Source of the DNA: the human T2T-CHM13v2.0 reference genome, Homo sapiens
Length of the DNA stretch: 64,000 bases
NCBI RefSeq assembly: GCF_009914755.1
Contig: NC_060926.1
Strand: one strand, 5' to 3'
In this document: positions 1 through 14,660 of the stretch, in pieces
How positions within the stretch are numbered: position 1 is the first letter of the stretch
How the letters are laid out: the number at the start of each line of letters is the position of its first letter
Made by a program: the position numbers and the translations under genes
The notes under the pieces: model-generated
What the model was told of the DNA's origin: nothing
Database searches by the model: none
The model's input: only the letters and a program-made list of their open reading frames with translations

Positions 1-89
1 ATGTATATGTTGATAGTAAATTCTGCCAATAGTTTTCCAAAGTGGTTTCAGAAGCTTTCATTTCTGTCTTCTCTCTCTCTCTCTGTCTT

Positions 90-376
90 CCTCTCTCTCA
101 AGATACTCCACTTTGAAACCCAGCCACTATACTTTGAGAAAGTTAAGAAGTGACGATGTTAGTTGGTCTCACCTGACAGCGTGCATTGACTACTCAATAT
201 GAGTGAGAAAACCCTCACATGAATCTCACTTCCAACCTTCATGCCACCCCAGTTCATGCCAAGCAGAGAAGTCCTCACCAAGACCTACTCCAATTAAAGA
301 TTGGTAAGCAAAAATAAATACTGCCATTGTTTTGCTCTACTAAGTATTGAGGTGATTCGTTAGGCAAATGATAATC
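90..376 (+). mobile_element. Old MaLR LTR fragment (MLT1 class), 3' part
   Basis: CCCAGCCAC... body, then AATAAA and an MLT1-like U5 end (GTTTTGCTCTACTAAGTATTGAGGTGATTCGTTAGGCAAATGATAA); highly diverged. Confidence 0.6.
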
Positions 377-926
377 AGAAAGAGGGAAATCTCATTGACT
401 ATCCAGATAGCTTTTAGATGATGATAATGAAATTGTGAAAGATTTACAATATGTTTATCATTTGGAACGTATCCCCTTTATCAATCAATCATTTTTTTCC
501 AGAAAATTGATGAGGACTATAAAATCTGTTTTTCATGTTATAAATTAAGAAGACATAATAAAAAGTGAGCATTTATATGTTTTACATTTTTTAATGTTTT
601 GAAAGCAGAAATTAATTCTGCTACATATTCATACATAAAAATTAGCAATTGTGTTAGTGAAGCATTTTATTTCTAAATGTGTTCTCCCTTTTGTGAAGTA
701 AGAAATCTTTGTATTTCTAAAACATACCTTAATTTCAAATTTGTATAACATGTGATTGGTTGAACAGTCTATAGTGTATCTCATAGAATAAAAAAAATGA
801 ACTATTTTCAAAACAAATTATACAAATATATCTTTTATGAGGTTGTATTCTAAGAAGGCCTAAACTTTAGCTAAAAATGAACTCTGTCTCTCAAAGGCAG
901 TAAATCAAAAAGAAAAAAAAATCTAG

Positions 927-1166
<240 letters not shown>

Positions 1167-2900
1167 TGAGGTGCAATTTAAACAATAAAGTGCACCCATT
1201 TTAAATGTCCAAATTGATGCATTTTGGCAAATGGGTATGTTTATGTAACCAATACCACAATTAAAACACAGAATGCTTCCATAACAATGACAACATTTCT
1301 TGTGATACTTTCTCATCATTTTCCCTCTATACACACCTGGACCCAGTAACCACTGAACTGCTTTCTGTCACTGTAGATTAGATTTGTCTTGCCTAGAATT
1401 ATAGATAATTAGAATGTATAGTATGGACTCTTGTGGGTTTGGTTTTTTTGCTCTCTATACACTTGTTCAGATTTATTCTTAACGTCTTCCAGATTCATAT
1501 ATTTAGGAGTATAATTGTTGAATCATACATTAAAGCCATATCAAACTTGAGAACAAACTCCCATAGTGGTTTCCCAAAGTGAATTTAACCTTTTGCATTC
1601 TGGCCAGGATCTTTTCCCCAACTATACATCTTGGCCAACACTTGGTACTGCCAGTCACTTTAGTTTACCTATTATAATATGATGTAGTTTGTAGTCTGTA
1701 GTCTTATCTCTTTGTAGTTTTAATTAACATTTGCTTGATGACTAATGTTGTTGAGCCTATTTTCATGTCCTTGTTGGTTAGCTGTATATTTTATAAAACA
1801 TCTATTCAGATTGGGTTGCCTTTTTATTATGAAATTGTAGAGTTTCATGGATTTGGATACTAGTAATTTATTGAGATACATATATAATTAATGATTTCAC
1901 ATATTATGTGACTTAAATTTTTATTTCCTTAATTTGTCTTCTTCATTGCAAAACGTTTTAGTATTGATGAACTACAATCTTTATATTTCTTCTCACACTG
2001 TTTGGAATTTTTTTTTGCTGTCTTTAATGTTATTTCTTTTTTGGCTTACCCCGACATCATCAATATTTGTTCCCTATGTTGCCTTTTAGAAATATAGTAG
2101 TTTTAGAGTTTATCCTTAGTTTTATCCTAGTTTTATGTTCCATTTTGACTATTTGGGGTGAGAGAGAAAAAAGAGAAAGGGAGAGACAGAGAGTGTGTGT
2201 GTGTGTATGCATAGTGAGAGATAAAGGTTAAGTTAAAGTCCTTTGTCATTGGACTATCTCGAAATTTCAGCACTATTTGTTGAAAAGACTAATTTTGACC
2301 ACTGACTTAACTACACCCTTTTGTCATGTATACGTGGGCCTATTTTAGAGTCTATTTTGTTTTATCAATCTGTTTCTAACCTTAATTCAACACCAAACTG
2401 TCTTGATTACTATAGGACAATAATAAATCTTGAAATCAGAAATGTTTTGACTATGCAATATTTTTTGGATTTTCATATAAATTTTGTTATTGATTTATTT
2501 TTATATTAAAGCCTCATGTGATTAATTTTGATTGGGATTGCCTTTAACATATACTTCAATTTGGGAAGAATCGTCATCTTATATATCAAATTTTTTATAC
2601 ATTTATGTCTTTGTTAATTTTTCTCAGCAATGTTTTATAGTTTTCAGGTTTGAATCTTGCACATTTTTGTTAAATTTTTGTGTTTCATTTTTTTATGTTA
2701 TGAATGCTACCTTTAAAATCTCTCTTTTTGATTGTTTGTTGCTACTTTATACAATTATAATTGATATTTTATATTCCCCTGTATCCCGTGACCTTTCCTG
2801 CTGATTAACTCACTGACTAAACGCTCTGATTATTTTTAGTAAGTTTTTATTGTTTTGTAATTTCCTTAGGAGTTTCGACATGCACATTTATGCCTCTTGG
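1167..2900 (-). mobile_element. Ancient L1M (MB/MC/ME class) 3' end and ORF2 remnant
   Basis: TGAGGTGCAATTTAAACAATAAAGTGCACCCATTTTAAATGT resembles L1M 3' termini; downstream T-rich ORF2-antisense motifs (e.g. CAGCACTATTTGTTGAAAAGACT). Confidence 0.75.
2159..2206 (+). repeat. (GA)n(GT)n compound microsatellite
   Basis: Direct reading. Confidence 0.85.
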
Positions 2901-3139
2901 CATGTCTAGAAACAGAATTTTTGATGTCAAAAATGCTACATATTATGCTTTTAAATGTTTGACTATTATTTTTTCATCATAAAAGAAAATTTGTGGCTTT
3001 TATCGTTAAAGCAGTTAAATTACTTTCAAATCAGTTATCTGCTTGTAAACTTTGCTAACACAGGACTGAAATACATGCTAACATGGGTATATCATCTTAT
3101 ACTGAGTGTGCCCATTAAGTTGAATACCCCAGTTGATGC

Positions 3140-3620
3140 CTAATAATTCTCCACCTTGGCTGGTCAAAACTTGAAAGGCCATCCAACCTGGGTGAACTCT
3201 GGGAATAGTTCGGTTTACAAATTTCCATTCTTTTTTGAAGGGAGGCATTTATAAATGTGCAGTCCAATATACAGCAAAAGTTCTTTGTATATCTCTGAGA
3301 TTATTTTTCTACATATCTCCTTCCTGAAACTCTGCCCTCTGACTTCAAGCTTCTTTAGACTTTCTAAACGCCAATTATCTTTTCTAACTCAGTGAAACTG
3401 CCAGGCTCATATTGAATACCTTATCCATGTCCTTGAATTTCTGAAATTGCCTTCAAGTATAAAGCCATAGTGAATGAACTCTCAACTTTCTTTGTTTCCA
3501 TCTGTTAGGGATCACAGTCTGGTGCTTCCTCTTGTCCAAAATCTGCTAACAATTGTTTCATGTAGTTTTCTAACTGTTTATGTTGCAAGTTCAAGTTGTG
3601 AATGTCTTACTCTAGCATGG
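3140..3620 (-). mobile_element. Old L1M 5'-end fragment
   Basis: Motifs CTCAGTGAAACTGCCAGGCTC and GGATCACAGTC; similar motifs recur at 38520-38700. Confidence 0.55.
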
Positions 3621-5282
3621 TCAGCAAGGTAAGTAACAAAATGTAGTTTATTTTAAAAATCACATCAATAAAAGAAAGCAAAATATGCAGTCTTTCCAAT
3701 TAATTGAATTATATCAAACTAATAAATATGAATGAATTTCCCAGTTTAGAATATTATCACTTTAAATGAATAACAGTATAGCTCCAGAATCTAAAATGAT
3801 TGACCATATGTGTATATATACAAGTGTATGTGTGTGTGTATGTTTATAATAATTAATATATTGTTATATAATTAATTGATTATAAAATTGATATATTGTT
3901 ATATATCACACACACATATATATGTATATCCTTGTAGTAGAAGGAGAACCGGTATAAAATTCAATATTTTCTAATTTTATACAAATATTATATTAAATAA
4001 ATGCTTAACATCCTGATGAAAACAAATACATTTTGAAACAATATCATGATCATAAAAATATAAAACAAAGGAGTAATAATTTATATTGCACATAGAGAAG
4101 AGGTTAGAAATTCCTATGGTGTCTTAGTGATGGTGAAATAAATCATGATAAATGCAGTCTTATTTTTTACAAAAAATAGGATGTTTCCTTAGTGGCACAT
4201 GTTCCACTAAATCATTTGCTGTTTTTTTTTTTCATTAACTTTTTTTAACTATCCTAATCTATACTTTTATAATCAATTAATTCTTAGCTTGCTTATTTCA
4301 AACCAAGAACATGTATTAGTTAGTCTATAAGTTGGAGTGAGGCTGTATAAATTAGAAAAAACTGGGGCACATAGGCTATTTTCTAATTGTATAAAATAAT
4401 ACAAACTATTTTTATCTAAATCAATACATATGAATTGAACAAACCAATATGAGGAGAGCAATCTTTGTCTATTCAGAATAAAATTGAAAAATTTTTCCTT
4501 TGTTTGTAAAAGTATTGCTTCGTTTGTAAAAATATTCCTTTGTTTGTACAATATTCAGTGGCAGAAATGGTCTCTAAACTAAACCTCTCCTTCCCACAGA
4601 TTTCACACATCTTTATCACACAGAACTATCTCTTTTCAATAATCTTTTTTGTTATAGTGCCAGGGAATATTATTTATTGCACTCACAATAGCAGTCAAGC
4701 CAGCACACTGAAACAAAATAATTTATATTTTAGTAGTTAGATATGGTGACAAAGTGTAATATTGGAGATTTGATCTGACACTAAACATTTAAGTGCACTT
4801 TATGGTTTAGCTGTTGTATTGATAGAATTACAGGCAACTTAAGTGATTAAGTTTGTGACAGGTATAAGAAACAAATGGTAAATAATGATATAAAAAACAT
4901 TAATAGTTTTAACAACTACAATTTTATTCACGGTGAATCATATTTCAGTTTTCTGACCCATATGCCACATCTTAATTCATTTTTATCATTCCATTTTGAT
5001 GTAACCAAAATAGTAATACGAAGAATTTAGGGGAAGTTGGATATCGTATGTTAAGGGGTGTGTGTGTATGCATGCACAATATTAATACAATACATACAAT
5101 AAATTATTGTAAGTAAAAATGGTCTAATGACATTACTCATTCTGAAAACTCTTTTATGAAACCATTTTGAATATTTCTCCAAATATGTTAGATTGCCCTT
5201 CAAAAAGACATTCTAATATTGTTCATATTTTTATTGCAAAGAGAAACAATTTAGGTAGATATATAATGTACACATACAGTTT

Positions 5283-5671
5283 TGTTGTAGACCAATTTTG
5301 TCCTCCCAAAATTGATATGTGAAGCATTAACCCACAAGTGGCTGTATTTGGAGACAGGGCCTTTAGGCAGGTTACTAAGGTTAAAGGAAATCGTAAGGGT
5401 GAATCCTAATCCAATAGGACATGCGTCCTTATAAAAAAAGAAAGAGACATCAGAGCTCTCTTTCTTCACCTGTGCACAGAGGAAAGGCCACATGAGGACA
5501 CAGCAAGAAGGCAGCTGTCTGTCTGCCAGGAAGAAACCTCACCAGAAACTAACCATGCTAGTACCTTGATCTTGGACTTCTAGCCTCTGGAACTCAGAGA
5601 GAATAAATTGGTGTGGTTTCCCCTTCTCAATCTGTGGTATTATATAATAGCAATCCAAGCAGACTGAGACA
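5283..5671 (+). mobile_element. MLT1A-like MaLR LTR
   Basis: TG...CA termini; GTATTTGGAGACAGGGCCTTTA, CCTAATCCAATAGGAC, CTTGATCTTGGACTTCTAGCCTC, AATAAA. Confidence 0.9.
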
Positions 5672-6270
5672 GATTTTGGTACTAGGAGTGGGATGCTGCT
5701 GTAACAAGCACCTAAAAATGTGGCTTTGGGTTTGGGTGGGTGATGGGTATAGATTGGAAAATTTTGAAGTGCATTCTAAAATATGGTTAGATTCCCTTGA
5801 AGAGATTATTGGTAGAAATGTGAATGTTAAAGGTGATTCTGATGAGATTTCAAAAGGAAATAAGAGACGTGCTATGAGAAACTGAAGGAAAGATGACCCG
5901 TGTTATAAAGTGGCAAAGAACTTGGCTGAACTATGTTATAGTGTTTTGTGGAAAGTAGAACTTAAAAGCAAAGAAGTTATATATTTAGCTAATGAAATTT
6001 CTAAGCAAAGAGTTAAAGATATCGCCTGATTTCTCTTTATTGCTTATAGTAAAGTATAGGATAAGAAAAATAAATTAAATAAATTGTTAACCATAAGGAA
6101 ACCAGAACTAAAAGATTTGGGAAAATCTCAGTTATCCATACTGCAAAAAAATGAAATATGTGTTTTAAAGAAAACTCCAAAGATGTGGCTGGATAACCAC
6201 TCCCTAAGGTGGCTATCCATGGAGTTAATCAGCCATTTCAACAGAGGCAGGAAGAGTGATGGGATGATAT
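5672..6270 (+). mobile_element. MLT1 internal sequence (5' part, truncated)
   Basis: GATTTTGGTACTAGGAGTGGG directly after the LTR; TGTTATAAAGTGGCAAAGAACTTGGCTGAA typical of MaLR internal region. Confidence 0.85.
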
Positions 6271-6475
6271 AAGCACAGTCACTGTCAGTTTCACCAAGGG
6301 GAAACTAGTATCATGAGATACTAGGCCACCAATTATTATGGTTCCTATAGGTGTTCAATTACTTTAAAAGCTTTTTATTAAATATGAATGAATTACATTA
6401 CTATGCATGGTGGAGAGTTGGTAGTTAACTACATTCTGCCATAGCTTTGTTAGGAATCAGCTTGGATTGTGAATT

Positions 6476-7090
6476 AGTGGGAATGTAAATTAGTTCAACC
6501 ATTGTGGAAGACAGTGTGGCAATTCCTCAAAGAGCTAAAGACATAAATACCATTTGACACAGCAATCCCATTACTAGATATATACCCAAAGGAATATAAA
6601 TTGTTGTATTATATAGACACATGTGTGCATAAGTTCATTGCAGCACTATTCACAAAAGCAAATACATGAAATCAATCTCAATGTCTATCAGTGATAGACT
6701 AGAAAAAAAATGTAGTACACATACATGGTAGAATACTAGGGAGCCATAAAAAAGAAGGATATCATGTTCTTTGCGGGGACATGGATGAGCTGGAGACCAT
6801 TATCTTTAGCAAACCAACACAGGAACAGAAAACCAAATACCGCGTGTTCTCACTAAGTGGGAGCTAAATGATAAAAACACATGGAGGCATAGAGGGGGAT
6901 AACACACACTGGGGACTACTGGAGACTGGAGGGTGGGAGGAGGGGGAGGATCAGGAAAAATAACTAATTGGTACTAGGCTTAATACTTGGGTGATGAAAT
7001 AATCTGTACAACAACCCCCCATGACACAAGTTTATGTATGTAACAAACCTGCACTTTTACCCCTGAACTTAAAATAAAAGTTTAAAAAAA
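6476..7090 (+). mobile_element. L1PA (older, approximately PA13-16) 3' end
   Basis: ORF2 C-terminal DNA (CATTGTGGAAGACAGTGTGGCAATTCCTC), G-rich 3'UTR, ends CTTAAAATAAAAGTTTAAAAAAA. Confidence 0.93.
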
Positions 7091-7102
7091 TGAAGGGGAA
7101 AA

Positions 7103-7140
7103 CATACACACACATGTACACACACACATACACACACACA
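7103..7140 (+). repeat. Imperfect (CA)n
   Basis: Direct reading. Confidence 0.85.
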
Positions 7141-7242
7141 AGAATCAGAAGTATTAAAATGAATGTGCTTATTTAAAAATACAGTAAGAAATTTCACTTT
7201 CTGTGCTTTGTAAATGTTAGCATATTTAATATTTTGAAATAG

Positions 7243-7692
<450 letters not shown>

Positions 7693-8784
7693 TAAAGCTG
7701 CTTTATGATTAATCCGGAGTAAAACTTGCCAGTTCTACTGACCACCATAGGCATTCAAGATCCCACGGCACTCTTTGAAAAACCAAAGGTATTAACTCTG
7801 CAGTTCTGGCCTTACTCCAAATCTATTAATTAAATTCTTCCTACCTTATATTCCCCACATATTTCCAATTAGAAAAATTATTTTTTCATTTCTTTTTGAT
7901 ATTGCTTTTGGGAAGTAGTTCTGGCACAAATCTCCTGTATATGTTCTCCCTTGGAATTTCACTTTTCAACACAGTTTGAAATTTGGAATCGATGACATCT
8001 TTATATTTAAGGTGTGCCACCATCTAATAAACTGTGGCAACGTGCACTATTGGACGTTGCATAGAAAATTTCGTTCAGCCAATATGTGGTATCTTGCTTA
8101 TATTTTTTCATTTCTTAATCATAAAACATCATGAGAGAAGAGGAAATGGCAACTTGCAAGATATTTTAATCTACAGAGAGGGATTTCCTGACAAGAAAGC
8201 AGAAGTTTATGCTAATCAAAACAGAGCTAGGAATTGCCAAGCTTTCGTTCTTTCCTTTTTTTTTTTTTTTTTAACTTATAAACCTCACAGCTGGCTATGT
8301 GGTGAGACTAACAGATGGGATGAATTATATATTTAAAGAGCCTTTGACATCACATCAAAAACCTTTTGTTCTGTAAATGGAACTTTACTATTTTTCCACT
8401 TATTACAGTCATAACATTCTTGCATTTCATTAAAATGTTATAGGTAAACCATAAAATACCTATTAAAGAGTTTAAGTTGTCCATTACAAATGACAAAGCA
8501 ATATCAAAGAGAATGCTAAAAATTATATTTTAAACACCAATTTATTTTTTACTCTGTGAAAAATATGTTATCCTTCTGCACTAGTTAAAAATTATCTTTT
8601 TTTTTCATTTTCTGACACTAAGAATATTTCTAAGTCAATGTTTATTTCAGGAATCTAATCACTGTCAAAGAAGCATGGTACAGAAGCCAATGCCAGCAGA
8701 AGCTTCCTGGCTTTCTGACAGACTTTTTATTTGCAAGTGGAGTTTGATCATGTAAAGACAGAACTTCAGATGGATTAATCCATT

Positions 8785-9538
8785 AATTCATGAAATATTA
8801 TCTGAGTACCTATTATGTAATATACATGGATCTGAAAGTAAAATAGTCCTTAACCTCAAGAACTTTGCATTTTATTGGGTAAGAAAGACAATAAACACCT
8901 GAGCAAATAAATAAATAAGGTCAAGTGGTTGTAAGAACTGCGGGAAAAAGGGTAGAATAAAGACATTGAAGAAATAATATTATTCGTCTAAGGTGGTCAG
9001 GGATGCTGTCTCTGAAAAGGTGCTGTTTGAACAAAACCATTAAAGAGTGCTGGTGTGAACAATGTAGAACGTATAGAGAAATTTTTTTCTAAATGATACA
9101 ACCGTAATTGCATGTTACTTATTAAAGAAGGATGCTTGCTGTGTTTGAGAAACTGTTGGAGGAAACCATATCTGCACTAAAATAAGCAAAGGAAAGAAGA
9201 GATGCTTGTGTGGGAATAGAACATTATATAGGATAATGTGAAGACACTGGCTTTTTTCTGAGTGTTTTTAAGGGTAGAGTTCAAAGGAAAAGTACAAGGG
9301 GCTTATTATGGAGTCCCTTTAAATAACCCAAGTTTGAAACGATGGTAACTTACACCAGTGTTAAGCAGTGGTGATTAGCAGCTGTTGAATTCTGGAGGTA
9401 GTTTTGAAGCTAAAAACTGTAAAAGATCTGATGGATCAAATGTTCATAGAAGAGAAAGAAAAGCATGATGAATCACCATGAGGATTGTGTCCTCTTACAA
9501 GAATAAAGTTGTAATTTAGTGAAATGAGTAATAGAGGA
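8785..9538 (-). mobile_element. L2 fragment (3' end)
   Basis: ATTCATGAAATATTATCTGAGTACCTATTATG is the reverse complement of an L2-like 3' terminus; purine-rich body. Confidence 0.7.
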
Positions 9539-9980
9539 TGTGGTGGATTAACTAGTATCTTCCCCCAAATTCCTATCTACACAGAATCTCAGAATGTGAT
9601 CTTATTTGGAATCAGGGTATTTCTAGATCCTTAAAATAAAGATGTAGATAAGATGATACTAGATTAGGGCAGGTCCCAAATCCAATGAGGATGTCCTTAT
9701 AAGAGACAGGAAAGGACACAGAGACACAAAGAGAAGAAGGCAATGTAAAGACAGAGGCAGAGATTGAAGTAATGTCTCTACAAGCCAAGGGGCACCAAAG
9801 ATTACTGGTGATCAACAGAAGCTAGGAGAAAGACATGAAGTGGATTCATTTTCATCACCTCTGGAATAAATCAATTTTGACAACACCTTATTTCAGGTGT
9901 CGAACTGAGAGAATAAATTTCTGTTGTATTAAGCCACCAAGTTTGTGGTAATTTGTGATGGCAGCCTAAAAACAGACACA
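9539..9980 (+). mobile_element. MLT1B/C-like solo LTR inserted in L2
   Basis: TG...CA termini; CAGAATGTGATCTTATTTGGAA, GAGGCAGAGATTGAAGTAATG, AATAAATTTCTGTTGTATTAAGCCACCAAGTTTGTGG. Confidence 0.9.
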
Positions 9981-10620
9981 GATGGGACATGAGAAATCTG
10001 GTGTTAGTGGGAATCAGTAGTTTGAATCTGTGCCATATTTAGCACACATCTAAGATATTTAGTACACATCTAAGAAAAAATGACAAGTTGGCAAATTTGG
10101 TCATAGAAGTCTGGAGTTCAGAGGTCTAGTTAAGCCCATTATAATTATTGTGAATCATTAGGGAATTGTTGATATTTAAAGTTGTCGGTGAACGACACCA
10201 CCTGTGGAATGAGTGTAACTGTGTAAAAATTGATAGGAGTAATTGTCATTGGCTATGCCAACATTTACCATTCAATGAACTGAGAAACCACCAAAGCAGA
10301 TTGAGAAGGAATAAAAGCCAGTGGAGAGTTGCAAGCAGAAGATCCTTTGCCAACTAATAACAAGTTAGGTAAGATGAATAATGGGAATTGAATATTGAGT
10401 TTAATAACATGAAGATTACTGTTGACATTTTTAACAGTTACTTTCATGGAGGGTAAGCAAGTAAGTACTTAATTGGCTTGGGTTTCAAAGGAAATGAACA
10501 ACATTTAATTTGAAGTTCAAGTTTTGATGTTTGGAAAGTTTGGGAGTTTGGAAATAGGAACAGAAAAATGGGACAGACACTTGAGGCGGATGTAGGTTCA
10601 AAACATAGGATTGACTTTCC
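9981..10620 (-). mobile_element. L2 continuation
   Basis: GTCTGGAGTTCAGAGG and other L2-antisense-like motifs. Confidence 0.6.
10035..10074 (+). repeat. 20-bp tandem duplication (1 mismatch)
   Basis: ATATTTAGCACACATCTAAG / ATATTTAGTACACATCTAAG. Confidence 0.9.
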
Positions 10621-12050
10621 TAGTTCACAATAATAAAAATAAATATCGGCTCTACTAAAATGTTGAAGTCATTCTAGTATTCTTAGCGGACCACAGATTT
10701 CTTGAGAAATTTACATGTTGACATAATTGCAACACATTTGACTATGAATAAATAACAGTATAATTATGTATTTTGATATTTTGTCCCAGTGCATAAGTAC
10801 ATAAATACACAAAAATTGTATGTAAAAATGGAAAATATGAGGGGACTAATATTAAAATGTCTTCTACTCTGGCTCTAAACAACAAAAAAGCTCAACTATC
10901 CAAAATTTGATATAAAATTATGTGATAGTTAATTTCTATAATACTGAACCTACAGAACTTTAAACACTATTGACGTCATCACATAAATGTTAATATTGTC
11001 AATTATAAGAGCTTTTGCATTATTTTATTAAAATTATTTGAAATATGGAAGATGTTTTCCTCATTCAGTTGTGTCATAATTAGAAACAAAGAGTATATAA
11101 TTTATATAATGATAATAACAGACTTAATATTGGCATGTACTCTAAGTACTGATAATGTTTGATTAATTTGTTATGCCTCTGACTGACTCCCTCTGTATAC
11201 ATTTTTATTATCCTTTTATGCTTTATTTTTTATCTGTTTTATTAAAATTACTTTAAACCATGTTTGTGGGAAAATTAAGTTGCATGTATTTTACTAAAAT
11301 CCTCATAGAACTAATTTATTTTTGGTATTTTTATAGCACATTAATATTTTTCTTTTATTGAAATTGTCCTGATTTACTGACATTACACTGTTTTCATTGA
11401 GATAAGAAAATTTTGAATAAAATGTTCTACAATGATTTTACTCATCATTCATTATTTGATCATTGAAATATTATTGACTATAAGCTTTGCCTTTGCCAAC
11501 TTAATATTTGTTGCTATTGTATCTACCATGTCAAAAGGTCTTCTGCCCACACTTTTAGCTCTAAATTTGTCTAGAATGCTTATTTTCATGTCAATTTTAC
11601 ACAGAATTGCTTTTTATCATATTCACTCATTCATTACTTGATTTTACTTTGCATTCTTTCCAGAAAGCATAAAATTCCTCAGTTCACTTTACTTCACTTT
11701 TTACCATCAGTAAAAATATGTTAACATTTTATTCTTCTATTTATGAACATTACTCTGTATAGATTTAGCCAATATCAATTGCATATTTATGCCAATTTTG
11801 TGAAAAGAAGTATGTATGAAATGAAAAGCTAGGAAATTTATGCGTAGAAAATACATTAGATAATTATGGCATAACTTCTGAGATATTTTCAGTATTGCAC
11901 TTTTACTTAGAACTATATTGCTAATGCAATTCTTTCACATATTTAGTACCATTTTATTAATATATATTGTGTACTTTCTGTGTGTCTCGACAGATTAAAT
12001 AATCAACAATAAATGAGGAGTTAAAAATTGTTAGATATAAATGGTGAATT

Positions 12051-12209
12051 AACCAGGTGCAGTGGCTCACATCTGTAATCCCAGTACTTTGAGAGGCCAA
12101 GGCAGGAGGATCACTTGAGCCCAGGAGTTCGAGGTTGCAGTGAGCTATAGTCACACCACTGCACTCCGACCTGCACAACAGAGCATAACCCCGTCAATTA
12201 AAAAAAAAA
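12051..12209 (+). mobile_element. Alu monomer (FRAM-like, or left/right-arm chimera of AluJ)
   Basis: Left-arm start (GGCTCACATCTGTAATCCCAGTACTTTG) joined to right-arm end (GTTGCAGTGAGCTAT...CCACTGCACTCC), then A tail. Confidence 0.85.
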
Positions 12210-12899
12210 GAGAAAGAGAGAGAGAAAATTAAAGGAGAAAATGAACTAGTATCATTTTTATTTTGGTAAGGTAGACTTTGTTAAATTCTATAAAATTATA
12301 ATGTACAAGAATTCGAAGCACTGGTATAGCATATGTACTGTTGTTTAACATTTTATTTGAATCTCTAATTAAAAAACATTTTATAAGATAAATAATTTAC
12401 ATTCCTGGCAAAAAGAATAACTTCTTCCATTTTTGATTAAGAGTTTAGCATTGAAATTCATGTGTTACTTTTAGCTGAAGGAATTATATTTACCATCATT
12501 CACTGTAAATAAGCAAAAGGAAACACAGCATATTAACTCCATACAGGGGACAGGCAAAATTTTTGTTGACCTAGGTCCCTTCTTTCTAATAATATGCATT
12601 ACATGTTTTATCAGCTAAACGTCTGGTATTCATCTCCATATCCATGATATTCCTTTACTGTACTTGGGTTCCGCCCTCTCTGCCATCGTTCAAAAGCGCC
12701 TCCAGGAAAGTAGTGCAGTGCTGTTGTAGGACTCACTCTTTTCTCAGGGATTATCATTCTATATTGACTTTTGTCCCATTTTAATAGTTGTTTAGGCAAA
12801 AAGGGCAAATATAATAACAATTATTCCATCATAATGGAAACAAATTCTGTAGTTTATTTTGGGTAGTTTCCATTCCTACAATCGTTTTACCAATCTTTT

Positions 12900-14660
12900 A
12901 TTCTGCACAATCCTAAAAAGCTGTTAAATTGATCCAATGATATTTTCACTTTAGACATGGTATTTTTCATCTCTACATATTTGGTTGATTTCCCCTTTTA
13001 TGTCATCCACATGTTTTCATTTAAATTCTTGAACATATTCATAACACATCTTTTGAAGTCCATGTCTGCTAAGTTCATCATCTCTCATTTTTTGGTTCTA
13101 TTTCTATTGATTGATTTTTCTCCTGAGGGGAATGGGATTTTCATGTCTTTTCATATGAAGAGTTATATTTTAAAAGATGCTGGGAACTGTAATTGTTATA
13201 TTTTAAGTCTTTGAGTCTGTCTTTTAAAGAATATTGAGTATTTTGGGTTTGTTTATTTCCTTGCTTCGGTTAAGCAGTTACATGAAAATATATTTGATCA
13301 TTTCAAGGATACATACTATTTCCATGACACAACTGTTGGCATTAACCTGGATCACTGGCAGAGGTAATGTTTGTCAGTTTTGTCCACTGAAAAGTTACTC
13401 TTGTTTTCTTTTTTCCATACTGTGCTTATTAGAAGCAAGTCACTATAAGTAGTCCATACTTAAAGGGTGGAGAGTTATGTGGCCCCCCACTGAGAGCAGA
13501 TTATCTGCATAAATTATTCTGAATACATCTTTGTTGGAGAATTTGTCTCTTTTCCAGCATTACTTTAGTTCTTTAAACATTTATTTATATCAATATGGAC
13601 TCATGAATATTTATTTTAAACTATTGGTTATTATTCAGTACTATATTATGTATTGTCTTGCTCAAATATTTCCATCTTAGGCCATTGGAAGCTCTTTCAC
13701 CATTGGTTCCAATATCCCTTTGATTTAATCTTATACTTGTGTTTGTGTGCTTGCTTGTTTGTTTGTTTTGTTTTCGTTTTGTTTTTTGAGCAATTCTTCA
13801 CATTTTGGCATCACAACATGCTTCAAGATAAAATTGTATATTTCTAGTCCTAGTCCTAGAATGAATTATTTTACTGGCTTATTTTATTGGTGAATGGCAT
13901 TACAAATCATGATCTAGATGCTAGGAGTATCACATTAACTTTTTGCAGAAAAAAATATAAAAAATTATTATCTAATTCATAGCATTTCTTTTTAGTATCT
14001 GTGTGCTAATTCTAACATCTAGGTCATCTGTGTGTCTTTCCAGATTGCATTTTTCCTCTTTTTTTCCTACTTTATATTTTATTCTTTTTTTCATAAGATG
14101 ATCCAATAGAGGTGATGAATTATATTGATTCTAAATACTGTTCTGTTCCTTTGATGAATGATATATTTTTAACAACTTGCAAATTACTGGACAGTCAGCT
14201 TGATTTTGATGTTTGAATACAGAAATTGTTAGGAAAGTTCTATTTTGGTGTTGATCTCAGTTCAAGAGTATACATCTTTAACTGTGAAGTGATGCATACT
14301 CCTATGATACGTCTCTTCTGGGATTTAATTGAAACGTCTATTTTGTTAGCCAAACCTCTATAATAATCATGTTTCAAACCCCAAATTCTGCCTCTCAAGT
14401 AATATGAAGTAACTGAAATTTCTGCATAAATTCTTCGGCTTATGTCTATCTTTTTTCTATCATTTTTCTTCAAGTCTCATCCTTTGTATGAACATTTAAG
14501 AATCTGCAAAGGTCTTGAGAGAAATCTGAATGCAGAATTTCTGGCTAACTGCTTCTTGAATCTGTCTTTAAGAGACATACACCTTTAAGAGATGTACACC
14601 CTGTATTTAAGCCCTTATGTCATTTCCAAAGTTTTACCTCTAACTTTTAGCCTAGTAGGA
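12900..14660 (-). mobile_element. Nested ancient L1M fragments (L1MC-like)
   Basis: T-rich L1-antisense motifs; 13320-13930 resembles an L1MC 3' region. Confidence 0.5.

Noticed and set aside
5613-6272. ORFs in the MLT1 internal region
   Set aside because: Decayed MaLR internal sequence with stops; not an intact gene.
8037-8060. GCAACGT-N10-ACGTTGC dyad
   Set aside because: 7-bp arms are expected by chance in 64 kb; no other support.
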